Positions 40,370-50,189 of a stretch of DNA of 64,000 bases are shown here, one piece after another. The translations under genes were made by a program, and so were the position numbers. The DNA is from Oceanispirochaeta sp. GTDB taxonomy: Bacteria > Spirochaetota > Spirochaetia > DSM-2461. Position 1 is the first letter of the stretch. The number at the start of each line of letters is the position of its first letter. The stretch lies in contig CAXXXD010000003.1 in NCBI GenBank assembly GCA_963663385.2, positions 416,001-480,000 on the forward strand, written 5' to 3'. Below the pieces are notes generated by a model. It saw only the letters and a program-made list of their open reading frames with translations. It did no database searches and was not told the DNA's origin.

Positions 40370-40740
40370 GTGAATATCCGTTTCTGGCACTATGGATTGC
40401 TGTTCGGGGTGCTGATTTCCGCTCTGGCGGGTATTTTTTTCATTTCAGCTCGTGCAGTGCTCTGAAAATCAAAAATGTACAACTCGATCTCTCCAGTCTG
40501 ACTCCCCGGGAGATCGCAGAACCCCACGCCCTTCAGGGGGAATGGGAGTTCTATCCTGATCTGTTTCTTCTGCCGGGAGAGTCTGTATCGCAGGAAACTG
40601 AGAAATACCTGCTGCAGGTTGCCGGGATAGCGGAATGGTCAAAGGGTGAATTCATTGAAAATCTGGTTAAGCGGGCGGACCAGGCTTTGCTGAGATCCAA
40701 AGCCCGGGGAAAGAACTGTTACAGTCTCGGTATTCGTTAG
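40370..40740 (+). pseudogene. Frameshifted, internally deleted sensor diguanylate cyclase remnant
   Basis: GTG-started hydrophobic N-terminus; second frame has LQGEWEFYPDLFLLP joined directly to a GGDEF C-terminus (GIAE...LVKRADQALLRSKARGKNC). Confidence 0.65.
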
Positions 40741-40800
40741 CCCGGGGCTGAAAATTAATCCTTATTGATGCCATCGGAGGTTAAAGGGTTAACCGCAGAA

Positions 40801-41838
40801 TCAGAACCGGTGCGAATAGGAGAGGGCGATCCGCTCCAGTTTGGCATAGGTTGAATCATAATCCCGGGTTAGAAAATAGTTATTGTGGATGGTTTCATCC
40901 GTATAGCGTTTTTGGGTTTTCATCTGTACAAGAACGGTCAGGTTATCACTATTACTCAATGCCAGATTTATCAGGGGGCCAAAGGTGATTTCCACAAAGT
41001 CGGAACCCCATCCGCCGCCGGTCCCCATGGGAGACAAGTCTGCCGTTTCTCCAAGGTATTGCTCTGTCTCCACCATAAACCCGGCGAGATTCATTTTCAG
41101 GGGCATCTGGTAACCCAGTACATAACTTCCCAGGTACTGGAATCCGTTGAAATTTTCTCCGGCATCAGCCTTGTACAGCCAGGGCTCCTCTTTCCCGGCA
41201 GCAGAAAAATTCCTGTAACGGAACTGGGCTGTTGCCACGGTTACAAGATGATTCCATTCTCCCGGCAGAACCGCCGCCAGATCAAACTGAAAAATCCCGC
41301 TCAACCAGAGGGATGAAACGATACCCTGAAACGGATCCGTATCGGCTATCCCGCTCCCGTCATTGTTTATTCCCAGTCCGTTGAACCCCAGGGTCCACCC
41401 GGTCCCCGCAGAAGCGCCGGTTTCAAATTTTAAAAAGGCTATGGGGGTCAGTACGGCCTTTATCTCCCCTTCCAGAATAACAGGAGCCAGGTTTGTTTTA
41501 AAACTGACGGCCAGATTATTGTCTTTTGTCAGGGGAGGCTCCCCTGTCGGAAAGGGGAATATGATCCGGTGTTCCAGGGATAGCAGCAGCTTGGCGCCGC
41601 CCCAGCCGTTTCCAAGATTCCGGCCTTCATCTTCGCCCCGGGGATAATCCTCTTCGGGACAATCTATGGGGGAGTAGGAGGGCCAGATCCATCCGGCGGA
41701 AGAATCGCCCCCCTTATTATCATCAAAATAGCAGGCTGACTGAACGGTTATGGAAGTCTTATGCTGTGTTCCGCTTTCTGCGAACAGGGGTATTATCAGA
41801 AAAGTAAATATTGGGGACAGGAAAAATACTCGTTTCAC
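40801..41838 (-). CDS. Hypothetical exported protein, probable outer-membrane beta-barrel
   Basis: Signal peptide; alternating aromatic/Gly strands; C-terminal ...LSYSHRF. Confidence 0.6.
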   Translation of the reverse strand: MKRVFFLSPIFTFLIIPLFAESGTQHKTSITVQSACYFDDNKGGDSSAGWIWPSYSPIDCPEEDYPRGEDEGRNLGNGWGGAKLLLSLEHRIIFPFPTGEPPLTKDNNLAVSFKTNLAPVILEGEIKAVLTPIAFLKFETGASAGTGWTLGFNGLGINNDGSGIADTDPFQGIVSSLWLSGIFQFDLAAVLPGEWNHLVTVATAQFRYRNFSAAGKEEPWLYKADAGENFNGFQYLGSYVLGYQMPLKMNLAGFMVETEQYLGETADLSPMGTGGGWGSDFVEITFGPLINLALSNSDNLTVLVQMKTQKRYTDETIHNNYFLTRDYDSTYAKLERIALSYSHRF

Positions 41839-42002
41839 TTCTTGCTCCTTCTGGCCTATAATAAAAATAAACTTAATCGTTCATCAGGTATACAACTTAT
41901 CTTCAAATTCATCTGCTATTTATTGTTACGCCTGGTACTATTAGGGGTTATTAAGAAAAAAGCTGAAAAAACATCAATATGAAGCTTAACAAGGATATAT
42001 AA

Positions 42003-43094
42003 ATGCAGTTTGAACCTCCGGATGACAGGATTACAGATAATACAGGCAGTACGGAACAGTTGAATGATCTGGTCAAACTCTCTTTTTTCACAAACATAGG
42101 CAAAGCAATCAGTTCTGCAAAAACGGTCAGACAAACCCTTGATGCTGTAATGGAGCAGGTCGGTATTATATTTGCCCCCACATACTGGTCTCTCCTCCTC
42201 AGGAATCCCCGGACAGGCGATCTGACTTTCTCAATCGTTGTCGGGAGCGGTGTGGATAAATTGAAAGGTGTAACAATACCCAGGGGACAGGGAATCGCAG
42301 GCTGGATAGCAGAAGAGGGGAAGTCTCTGATAATTGAAGATGTCAGCAAGGATTCCCGCTTCTCTCCCGAGATGGATAAAATGAACAGTTTTAAAACGGA
42401 GTCCATAATAGGGGTCCCCCTTATGAACGGCCATAAGGTATTCGGGGTTATCGAGCTGATAAATAAGCTGGACGGGCAGCCGTTTACATCGCTGGAACTG
42501 AACCTGTTAAAGACAATTGCCGATTTTGCCGCAATTGCCATTGAAAAGGCCTACTATCTAAGGGCGCTTAAAAAGATTGCAACGGTGGATCCGTTGACCG
42601 GTTTAAACAACCGGCGTGCCTTTATGGGGTATTACAAAAAAGAGGCCGTCCGGTGCAAAAGGAATAATCATCCGTTTTCCATTATGATGATTGATCTGGA
42701 CGGTTTCAAAAAGATTAATGATCAGTATGGGCATCAGGCGGGGGATGACGCTCTGAAAAGGGTGGCCGGTCTTTTAACGGATAATTTACGGGCTTCCGAT
42801 TTTGCTTCCCGCTATGGAGGGGATGAGTTTGCCATTCTGCTACCAGAGACAAACCGGGCCGAAGCTGAGAATCTGAAAGAACGTATTCAAAAGGAGCTGG
42901 GGAAGCAGAATAAGGTTCAGGATATTCGGGTGGAGTTGAGCATCGGGATTCAGGAATCCGACGGGAGCTGTTTCAACGATCTTATGAGCAGGGCTGATAC
43001 AGAGATGTATCAGGAAAAAAGTCTGAAGAATGAGATGAATATTTCCGATATGGCTGAAAATCTGCAGAGCCTGATGGAGGATGCGGCGGAGTAA
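42003..43094 (+). CDS. GAF-GGDEF diguanylate cyclase
   Basis: GQGIAGW, FSPEMD, IGVPL (GAF); DPLTGL, DLDGFKKINDQYGH, RASD..RYGGDEF. Confidence 0.92.
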   Translation: MQFEPPDDRITDNTGSTEQLNDLVKLSFFTNIGKAISSAKTVRQTLDAVMEQVGIIFAPTYWSLLLRNPRTGDLTFSIVVGSGVDKLKGVTIPRGQGIAGWIAEEGKSLIIEDVSKDSRFSPEMDKMNSFKTESIIGVPLMNGHKVFGVIELINKLDGQPFTSLELNLLKTIADFAAIAIEKAYYLRALKKIATVDPLTGLNNRRAFMGYYKKEAVRCKRNNHPFSIMMIDLDGFKKINDQYGHQAGDDALKRVAGLLTDNLRASDFASRYGGDEFAILLPETNRAEAENLKERIQKELGKQNKVQDIRVELSIGIQESDGSCFNDLMSRADTEMYQEKSLKNEMNISDMAENLQSLMEDAAE

Positions 43095-43184
43095 GCCTTC
43101 CGGTTATTTCGCGGAGACAGGGAATTCTATTTTTATATAAGAGTAATTATGTCATAAATGGAGGGGATGCTGTATACTTAAGGC

Positions 43185-43823
43185 ATGAATCGATGCACCT
43201 GTACCTGCGGAAAGACAAAAACCAGTGTCATCTACGACTACTACGTACCCCGTTTAAGTGATGGGGAAAAGGATCATGAGAAACTGGGTTGGGAGAGCCG
43301 GGAAGCCCAATACCGCCGTTTCGATATCCTCCTGGATAATACGGCATTTCCCGGAATGTCTGTACTGGATGTCGGGTGCGGACTGGGGAATCTGCTGGAT
43401 GCCTTTCAGGAAATTAATATCCCTGTTGAATACAGCGGTATTGATTTAATCCCCCATATGGTTGAACAGGCCCGGGAGCGATACCCCGATGCCCGGTGGT
43501 TCTGTTGTGATATCTTCAGTCATTCTCCCTTCCGGGAGAAAGAGTTTGATGTCGTCTATGCTTCTGGAATATTCAATATTAATCTTGGAAACAATATGGG
43601 GTTTCTGATGAGAGCTTTGAACCTTTTCTTTTCCCTGTCAAAAAAGTATGTTGTATTTAACCTTCTCAGCGATCATTCCAGGAATCAGGAAGAGGGGTAC
43701 TTCTATTACAACGGGGAGAGGGTGAGGCAGTCCATCTCCCGGCAGTTCCATCTGGAAGAGAACCGGATTCATATTATCAGCGATTACCTTGATAACGATT
43801 TTACCGTCATATTGGAGGCATAA
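43185..43823 (+). CDS. Class I SAM-dependent methyltransferase
   Basis: LGWESREAQYRRF, VLDVGCGLG, YSGID, FDVVYASGIFN. Confidence 0.85.
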   Translation: MNRCTCTCGKTKTSVIYDYYVPRLSDGEKDHEKLGWESREAQYRRFDILLDNTAFPGMSVLDVGCGLGNLLDAFQEINIPVEYSGIDLIPHMVEQARERYPDARWFCCDIFSHSPFREKEFDVVYASGIFNINLGNNMGFLMRALNLFFSLSKKYVVFNLLSDHSRNQEEGYFYYNGERVRQSISRQFHLEENRIHIISDYLDNDFTVILEA

Positions 43824-43862
43824 GGTTCCTTTCAGTTATTTCTCTTTATGCATAATTTATAC

Positions 43863-43918
43863 TTGACAGTTAACGCTATTAATTATATTAACAATGTTAA
43901 TAATATTAACACTATTAA
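43863..43918 (+). promoter_or_regulatory. TetR promoter with three tandem palindromic operators
   Basis: TTGACA at 43863; TTAAC-N3-RTTAA at 43870, 43888 and 43906. Confidence 0.6.
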
Positions 43919-43933
43919 TATGTGAGGAATAGG

Positions 43934-44536
43934 ATGAGTAAAAATAAAAAAATGGAAGAGAGAACCCGTGCTCTGTTTGTAGAAGCTGCCAAGGAAATCC
44001 TTATGGGGGAGGGAATCAGCTGTATAAGCGCAAGGAATGTCGCCGAACGGGCCGGATACTCCTATGCAACCCTGTACAATTATTTCAGGGATATGGGCGA
44101 CCTGGTTATTGTCTGCCTTGATGAATTTTCCGTTGATACGCTCAGGTTTGTGGAAAAAGATACTGAAATGGCCCACAGAATCAACCCTGTGAACGGTATA
44201 AAGGTAAAACTGAATTCCCTGGTTAAGTATTTTATCCAGTACCCGGGAATCTATGATCTTTTTTATCTGGAAAAAATCGGAACATCGAAGAACAGGGCGC
44301 AGAGCAGTTCTACCGTCACCTCTCTGGTCGGGAGACTGATTGAAAAAGAGTGGGAGGAATTCTGTTCGAATGAAAATCTGGAACAACGGGAAATAAACCT
44401 GCGGAAAGATCAGCTGCTGTTTGTATTTTCAGGACTGATGCTTCTCTATCAGAACAGGAACTACCCGGGAGGTTATGCTGAACTGACAGAGAAGCTGGAC
44501 GAGCAGATTGATCTTGTTATGAATCAGGCTGTATAG
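43934..44536 (+). CDS. TetR/AcrR-family regulator
   Basis: ISARNVAERAGYSYATLYNYF. Confidence 0.9.
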   Translation: MSKNKKMEERTRALFVEAAKEILMGEGISCISARNVAERAGYSYATLYNYFRDMGDLVIVCLDEFSVDTLRFVEKDTEMAHRINPVNGIKVKLNSLVKYFIQYPGIYDLFYLEKIGTSKNRAQSSSTVTSLVGRLIEKEWEEFCSNENLEQREINLRKDQLLFVFSGLMLLYQNRNYPGGYAELTEKLDEQIDLVMNQAV

Positions 44537-45147
44537 TTTCTAACCGGTTTTCCCTGACCGCTTGGATGGAAAATTTCTGTCAGTCTATAATGCCCCTCTG
44601 TCAGAGTAAAGTGCATCAGGGTACCGGGAAAGAGATGAGGATCGTCCCAGAGGTTCTTCAGTTCCCTCTTCTCCAGTATTTTCAGCAGCATTTTAATAAT
44701 AACGGTATGTGTCACGAACAGGATCGGTCCTTCCTGATCCCGGATTTCATCCAGAAGACTGGAGGCCCTTTTTTCCAGGGATTCAAAGGTTTCCGCTCCT
44801 TCCAGATCGAAATTATCGGGATCTTCCCAGAAAATCTTCTGCTGGTCCTGATGATGCTCCGGTACCTGATCATGGGTTTTTCCCTGGAGAACACCCAGGT
44901 GAAATTCCATAAGCCTGTCGTCAAAATCCACTATAACTGTTTCAGGAGACAGCAGTTCGAGGGTTTGCCGGCAGCGTCCGAGGGGGCTGCAGTATACCCG
45001 GGAAAAGGATAAATCCCTCAAAAGTCCTTTCTGCTCTTCTATTTTGGAGCGCCCTTTTTCCGTCAGGGGAGAGTCAAGCTGTCCCTGATAGCGCCTTTGT
45101 GTATTCCATTCCGTTTCGCCGTGGCGAATAACATATAAATCTTTCAT
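44524..45147 (-). CDS. Histidine phosphatase family protein
   Basis: RHGETEWN, QGQLDSPLT, SPLGRC, VTH. Confidence 0.9.
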   Translation of the reverse strand: MKDLYVIRHGETEWNTQRRYQGQLDSPLTEKGRSKIEEQKGLLRDLSFSRVYCSPLGRCRQTLELLSPETVIVDFDDRLMEFHLGVLQGKTHDQVPEHHQDQQKIFWEDPDNFDLEGAETFESLEKRASSLLDEIRDQEGPILFVTHTVIIKMLLKILEKRELKNLWDDPHLFPGTLMHFTLTEGHYRLTEIFHPSGQGKPVRNYTA

Positions 45148-45238
45148 TTCCCGTATATCCTATCACAGGGGCGGGAAAATATCAGGGGGGAGATATTTTT
45201 TTGTGGTAAGACCATAAACTCTGCCCCTATAATAAGGT

Positions 45239-46363
45239 ATGAGTATACGTATATTTTCAGGACTCTACCCGGTACAACCCGGAATGGAGAAAGCCTATCA
45301 GGCGGAACGGAACAGCTATAATTCCCAGCAGATAAAATATGGCGGTCTTATAGCCATATTTATTTCCCTGGTGCTGATGCTCCGGTATTTATTAAGTGGA
45401 GGAGACTCAAAGGAAGGATTTATCTCTCTTCTCTACCCTTTCCTACTGGCCGGGATTGTGGTAAACGCCCTTATATATTATACCTTCAACAGAACTTTTC
45501 GAAAAAGGCTCAGCCTCTCTTCCTACAGTTCTTTTCAGCTGATCCTCATTACTATGTTCTTCTTTTTTCTGACAGGTTTATCGATAATCGGTGTTCTGCT
45601 CTCTGGAGGATTGAATGTCTACCTGATTCTGGTTCTTTTTATCAGTCTAGTAATCTGGATGAAATCCTCACAGTACTGTCTTTTTTCAATTCTCTCCTTT
45701 CTGCTTATTCTCTTTTTTATGTATATAGGAGCCGGGAGTAGGGAACAACTGATAAGCAGTGTCATTCAGGGTTTTTTTTATTTTACTGTGGGATGGTTTC
45801 TCTATTTAAGCATGACTTCTCTTCTGATGGAGAATTTTTATAATCGGGTCTCCCTCGAAGAACAGTATACGCAGCTGGCTACAGAGAGTATTACCGATCC
45901 TCTTACGGGGTTGTATAACAGACGGTCTTTGAATGATGATCTGAATAAGGAGTGGGCTTTAAGCAAACGGAAAGGGGCGCCCTTCTGTATAATGATGATT
46001 GATATCGACAATTTTCATGATATTAACGATATCTTTGGTCATACCGCAGGAGATCAGCTTATTCGGGATGTATCGGCCATACTGCGGAATGCGGTGCGGC
46101 TGTCCGATAAAGTCTACCGTTTCGGCGGGGAGGAATTCCTTATTATTGTACCGGAGACACCTCTGGATGTAGCAGCCTCAGTTTCAGAACGTATCAGAAA
46201 AAATGTAGAAAAAAACAGTTTTAAGGGTATTAATAAAACCGTTACCCTCAGCCTTGGTCTGGCTCAGAGCCAGGAGGATATAAACGTGGATATCCTTGTC
46301 AACCGGGTTGAACAGAAGCTGCTGCTTGCCAAGGAAAACGGCCGGAACCGAATAGAATACTAG
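45239..46363 (+). CDS. Membrane-bound GGDEF diguanylate cyclase
   Basis: About 6 TM segments; TDPLTGLYNRR, RLSD..RFGGEEF, GRNR. Confidence 0.9.
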   Translation: MSIRIFSGLYPVQPGMEKAYQAERNSYNSQQIKYGGLIAIFISLVLMLRYLLSGGDSKEGFISLLYPFLLAGIVVNALIYYTFNRTFRKRLSLSSYSSFQLILITMFFFFLTGLSIIGVLLSGGLNVYLILVLFISLVIWMKSSQYCLFSILSFLLILFFMYIGAGSREQLISSVIQGFFYFTVGWFLYLSMTSLLMENFYNRVSLEEQYTQLATESITDPLTGLYNRRSLNDDLNKEWALSKRKGAPFCIMMIDIDNFHDINDIFGHTAGDQLIRDVSAILRNAVRLSDKVYRFGGEEFLIIVPETPLDVAASVSERIRKNVEKNSFKGINKTVTLSLGLAQSQEDINVDILVNRVEQKLLLAKENGRNRIEY

Positions 46364-46382
46364 TATTCGGCCTTGGTTTCAT

Positions 46383-47756
46383 CTATTGCGGAGGGGCTGT
46401 CTTTTCCGCTCCATACCACTCTATCTTCCTGGTCAGGATCATCACCAGGCTGATCAGGAAAAAGAGTCCTGCAGAACCCATCAGCAGGGCGTAATCTTCC
46501 GATTGAAGAACAAAATACAGGAATCCATAGGAAAGGGCTGATACGGGAAAGAGAATCAATCCCGCCTTATGGGCCTGCAATACGGATACAGCATAAAAAG
46601 TCAGCATTACAGTAACCGCTGCGGAAGCACAGAAGTAGGCCCCGTTAAAGGAAATATGTTCGGAAAGAGAAAGCAGAAGCAGATAAAACATCATGTTTCC
46701 TGCTCCTGACAGAATATACTGAACAGGGTGGATACGGTGCTTCCGGATGACTTCAAACAGAAAGAAGGTCAAAAAAGGAAGCATTAAAAAGAGCAGCCTG
46801 TATTTCAGGGTTCTGTTTATTTTGTCATAGGAGGTGACAACAGGGAAAAAGCGGACCCCGAAGGCTGTCTGTCTGATATCTTCCATTGTTGCGGAATCCG
46901 GACTGGTCCAGGACTGAGGAATATTACGACTAAGGTAATTGATCTCCCATTCCGCCGTAAAGCCTGTATCGCTTAGTGTGCTTGCATGAGGCAGGTAGTA
47001 ACCATTAAAGGAGGGAGATGCCCAGTCCGAATCCAGGGAAATCTTCGTTTCTCTGGCAAGAGGAAGAAAGCTGATGGATTCTCCCCCCTGTATTTCCTGT
47101 CTGAACAGAAAGGTGCAGGCGGTATTCTGAGCTTTATCGAGTTTAACCGGTACGGATATTACACCGGGGTAGATGGACTCGCCCTGGCCGCCGGGTTGGA
47201 AAACCTGTTCTGTTCCGTTCCATAAAAAAGGGTCTATCCTTTTCATTCCCTTGAGCAGGGGATAGCTTATCTGAACCCTGATGCTGTCCCATTGGATTTC
47301 ATCCGGGTTGTATTGTGAAAGGGTTTCTTCGGGATTGAACACTCCTTTCCCTTCCAGAAGGAGAGTATATACGGGTACCGAATAGATTCCCCGGGATTTG
47401 ATTTCACTGCTTCCATGCCCTTCTATATTGAGGGAATCGGGGAGGAGGAATATGTCTTCCCTTTTCATACGGACCCCCGCAATCCTACCTTCTTCATCAA
47501 GGGCCGTTTCTTTCCACTCCCGGGGAATTACCAGCACAGGACCTCCCAGACAGACTTCTCCACCCCGAGAATTGATTATCTCATCCTGCGTTTCTATTCT
47601 GCGCCACTGTCTTTCCTGTACGGTTGTGCGGATCATCCCCATGGGAAGCTGAAAGCAGAGGAGTATCAGGCAGATAAGAGAGATTTTTAATCCGAAAGAG
47701 TGTGAACTAAGAGGGGGAACCTTTATTCGTTTCTTGTCTGTAATCGTGTTTTTCAT
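46383..47756 (-). CDS. creD: Cell envelope integrity inner-membrane protein CreD
   Basis: RGIYSVPVY, SDWASPSFNG, GFTAEW, IHPVQY, FYLLLLSLSEHI, LQSEDYALLMGS. Confidence 0.9.
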   Translation of the reverse strand: MKNTITDKKRIKVPPLSSHSFGLKISLICLILLCFQLPMGMIRTTVQERQWRRIETQDEIINSRGGEVCLGGPVLVIPREWKETALDEEGRIAGVRMKREDIFLLPDSLNIEGHGSSEIKSRGIYSVPVYTLLLEGKGVFNPEETLSQYNPDEIQWDSIRVQISYPLLKGMKRIDPFLWNGTEQVFQPGGQGESIYPGVISVPVKLDKAQNTACTFLFRQEIQGGESISFLPLARETKISLDSDWASPSFNGYYLPHASTLSDTGFTAEWEINYLSRNIPQSWTSPDSATMEDIRQTAFGVRFFPVVTSYDKINRTLKYRLLFLMLPFLTFFLFEVIRKHRIHPVQYILSGAGNMMFYLLLLSLSEHISFNGAYFCASAAVTVMLTFYAVSVLQAHKAGLILFPVSALSYGFLYFVLQSEDYALLMGSAGLFFLISLVMILTRKIEWYGAEKTAPPQ

Positions 47757-47822
47757 GGAATTCTCCTTTGTATTATCAGGTTTTTCAGAGAATACCCCGG
47801 CAATCCGGCAGGGATGAGTCAT

Positions 47823-47842
47823 AAATATGGCGGAAATATGGC
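47823..47842. promoter_or_regulatory. Direct repeat with 11-bp period (OmpR-family binding-site-like)
   Basis: AAATATGGC-GG-AAATATGGC between creD and the response regulator. Confidence 0.55.
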
Positions 47843-47892
47843 AAAAGAGTCTCCAGTCTGTTAAATATACCTATCTGTGATACATTGAAAAC

Positions 47893-48582
47893 ATGGCAAG
47901 GATTGCAGTCGTAGATGATGAAGCGGGAATACGGGAAACCCTGACATACGCTTTGAAGAAAGAGGGGCATCAGGTCCTCTGTTTCAGAAACGGAGAAGAC
48001 GCCTGGAACGGATTCTGTGAAAAACCGGCGGATCTTATGATCCTGGATATTATGATGCCCCGGATGGACGGTCTGGAACTCTGCCGTAGAATCCGCAGCA
48101 GAAACGAATCCCTCCCTCTTCTGTTTTTATCCTCCCGGGACGAGGAGTTTGATCGTATCCTCGGTCTTGAGATCGGGGGAGATGACTACCTGTGCAAGCC
48201 CTTTTCAATCAGAGAGTTAATCACCCGGGTAAAAGTGCTTCTCCGTCGAACCTCTCCTGTCCGGACCACTGTATCGGAAGATATCCTCCGGCAGGGAGAA
48301 CTGCACCTTGACGACTCCCGTTACGAAGCTCTCTGGAAGGGCAAACTCCTGCCCCTGACCATCAGTGAGTATCGTATCCTGCGGGATCTATGCCATATGC
48401 CCGGAGTCGTCCGGTCCCGGGAGCAGTTGATGCAGGCGGCTTTCCCGCAGGATAGTTATGTGTCAGACAGATCCGTTGACAGCCATATAAAAAGACTCCG
48501 CCGTAAAATCAGTGCCGCAGACAGTAGTTTCGAGGGGATCGAAACAGTGTACGGACTGGGATACAGGTTCCGGGAGAGCTGA
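47893..48582 (+). CDS. OmpR-family response regulator, ChvI-like
   Basis: VVDDE, LDIMMPRMDG, DDYLCKPF, DRSVDSHIKRLRRK, IETVYGLGYRF. Confidence 0.9.
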   Translation: MARIAVVDDEAGIRETLTYALKKEGHQVLCFRNGEDAWNGFCEKPADLMILDIMMPRMDGLELCRRIRSRNESLPLLFLSSRDEEFDRILGLEIGGDDYLCKPFSIRELITRVKVLLRRTSPVRTTVSEDILRQGELHLDDSRYEALWKGKLLPLTISEYRILRDLCHMPGVVRSREQLMQAAFPQDSYVSDRSVDSHIKRLRRKISAADSSFEGIETVYGLGYRFRES

Positions 48583-50189
48583 TGCGCAGTCTTACCCTCA
48601 GGCTTCTGTTCTTCAATATTCTGCTGGTGTTCTTTCCGGTGGGAGGAATGCTGATCCTCGATACCTACGAAAAGCAGCTTCTGGACGGGATGGAGCGGTC
48701 CATGGTGCAGCAGGGGCGGGTGTTAAGCGCCGCCCTGAGCGGACGGGATATTGAGAAGGAGGGACTCCGTATTCTGAAGAATCTGGAGGGCCGGCTGGAT
48801 TCCCGCATACGGATTGTGAATGCATCGGGGGAGCTCCTGGCTGATTCCAGTGACCCCCGTCTGTCCCTCTCCTCCGGGGATCAGGGGCTTTTGGGAAACG
48901 CTCCGGTTAAACGGGTCGGCTCTGCTGCAGATTACTATGAGGATATACAGGGCGCTGCCCCGGAAAGCCTGCGTGAAAAATGGCTGTATCAGATAGCCGT
49001 CTACCCTCTGAATATTCTGCGCAGCCTTCTGCTGCCACAGGCAGTTCCTCTGGGATCCGCCGAGTATTACAGTAATGCCAGAGTCCTGGACGGTCCGGAG
49101 ATTCAGGCCGCTCTGGAAGGACGATACGGTGCCTGGACCAGGTACTCTTCGGGCGGACAGCGATCGGTAAACCTCTACTCGGCCATACCTGTCCGTCAGG
49201 GTGAAAGCGTATCAGGAGCTGTCCTTGTTTCCCGTTCAACCTACAGAATCCTAACAGACCTGTACAGCCTCCGTCTGGATATGGTGCGGATATTCCTGTT
49301 TTCACTGGGAGCTGCGGCAGTTCTCTCCCTTCTGCTGGCCCGTACCATTACAATCCCCGTAAAGAAGCTTAAAATTCAGGCAGAATCTTTTCTGGTTCAC
49401 AACGGGCAGTTGAAGGGGGAATTCAAACAGCTGAAAACCCGGGATGAAATAGGCGACCTCTCCCGCTCTCTCTACTCACTCTCGGGAAAGCTTGAGGAGC
49501 ATATCAAGTTTATCAGCGGTTTTGCTTCGGATGTTTCTCATGAAATGAAGAACCCTGTGGCGGTACTCCGCAATGCGGTGGAACTGGCAGAACAGGAAAA
49601 ATGTGAGGATCAGGATCCGCTGTTTGTCCTGATGAAACAGGAAATTACCAGGATTCAGAAACTTCTGGATGATCTGAGGGATATCTCCCGTCTGGATGTA
49701 ACCCTGGAATCCGAACCAAGGCAGATCATCCCGCTGAATGATTTTCTATATAACCTGGTCGATGAGAGGAATACGGGGAATGCCGGCAGGGGAATGGTCT
49801 TCGGTTTTACAGGCTGTTCCGAAGGGAATCCACGGATCGAAATTTCGACGGAACGTCTGCATCAATGTATGGTTAATCTTCTGGATAATGCTGCCGGGTT
49901 TACACCCGTTCCGGGAGAAATCCAGGTCGAACTTCTGTATAAGGCCGGTATGGTTTTTATCCGGGTGCTTGATCAGGGACCGGGTATTCCTGCCGGGATG
50001 GAAGAGAAGATTTTTGACCGTTTCTATTCGGATAGACCGGAAGATCAGAGACGCCTCCATTCGGGGTTGGGACTGTCCATTGTCAAATACATTGTCGAGG
50101 GATACGGCGGAACCGTCCGGGCAGCCAACAGGAGAGAGGGGGGAGCCTGTTTTCAGATTGAGCTACCCGCCGGGATCACTCCTCTCTGA
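48582..50189 (+). CDS. Sensor histidine kinase (HAMP-HisKA-HATPase), ChvG/CreC-like
   Basis: Two TM segments, RDEIGDLSRS, DVSHEMKNP, NLLDNA, DQGPGI, SGLGLSI. Confidence 0.9.
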   Translation: MRSLTLRLLFFNILLVFFPVGGMLILDTYEKQLLDGMERSMVQQGRVLSAALSGRDIEKEGLRILKNLEGRLDSRIRIVNASGELLADSSDPRLSLSSGDQGLLGNAPVKRVGSAADYYEDIQGAAPESLREKWLYQIAVYPLNILRSLLLPQAVPLGSAEYYSNARVLDGPEIQAALEGRYGAWTRYSSGGQRSVNLYSAIPVRQGESVSGAVLVSRSTYRILTDLYSLRLDMVRIFLFSLGAAAVLSLLLARTITIPVKKLKIQAESFLVHNGQLKGEFKQLKTRDEIGDLSRSLYSLSGKLEEHIKFISGFASDVSHEMKNPVAVLRNAVELAEQEKCEDQDPLFVLMKQEITRIQKLLDDLRDISRLDVTLESEPRQIIPLNDFLYNLVDERNTGNAGRGMVFGFTGCSEGNPRIEISTERLHQCMVNLLDNAAGFTPVPGEIQVELLYKAGMVFIRVLDQGPGIPAGMEEKIFDRFYSDRPEDQRRLHSGLGLSIVKYIVEGYGGTVRAANRREGGACFQIELPAGITPL

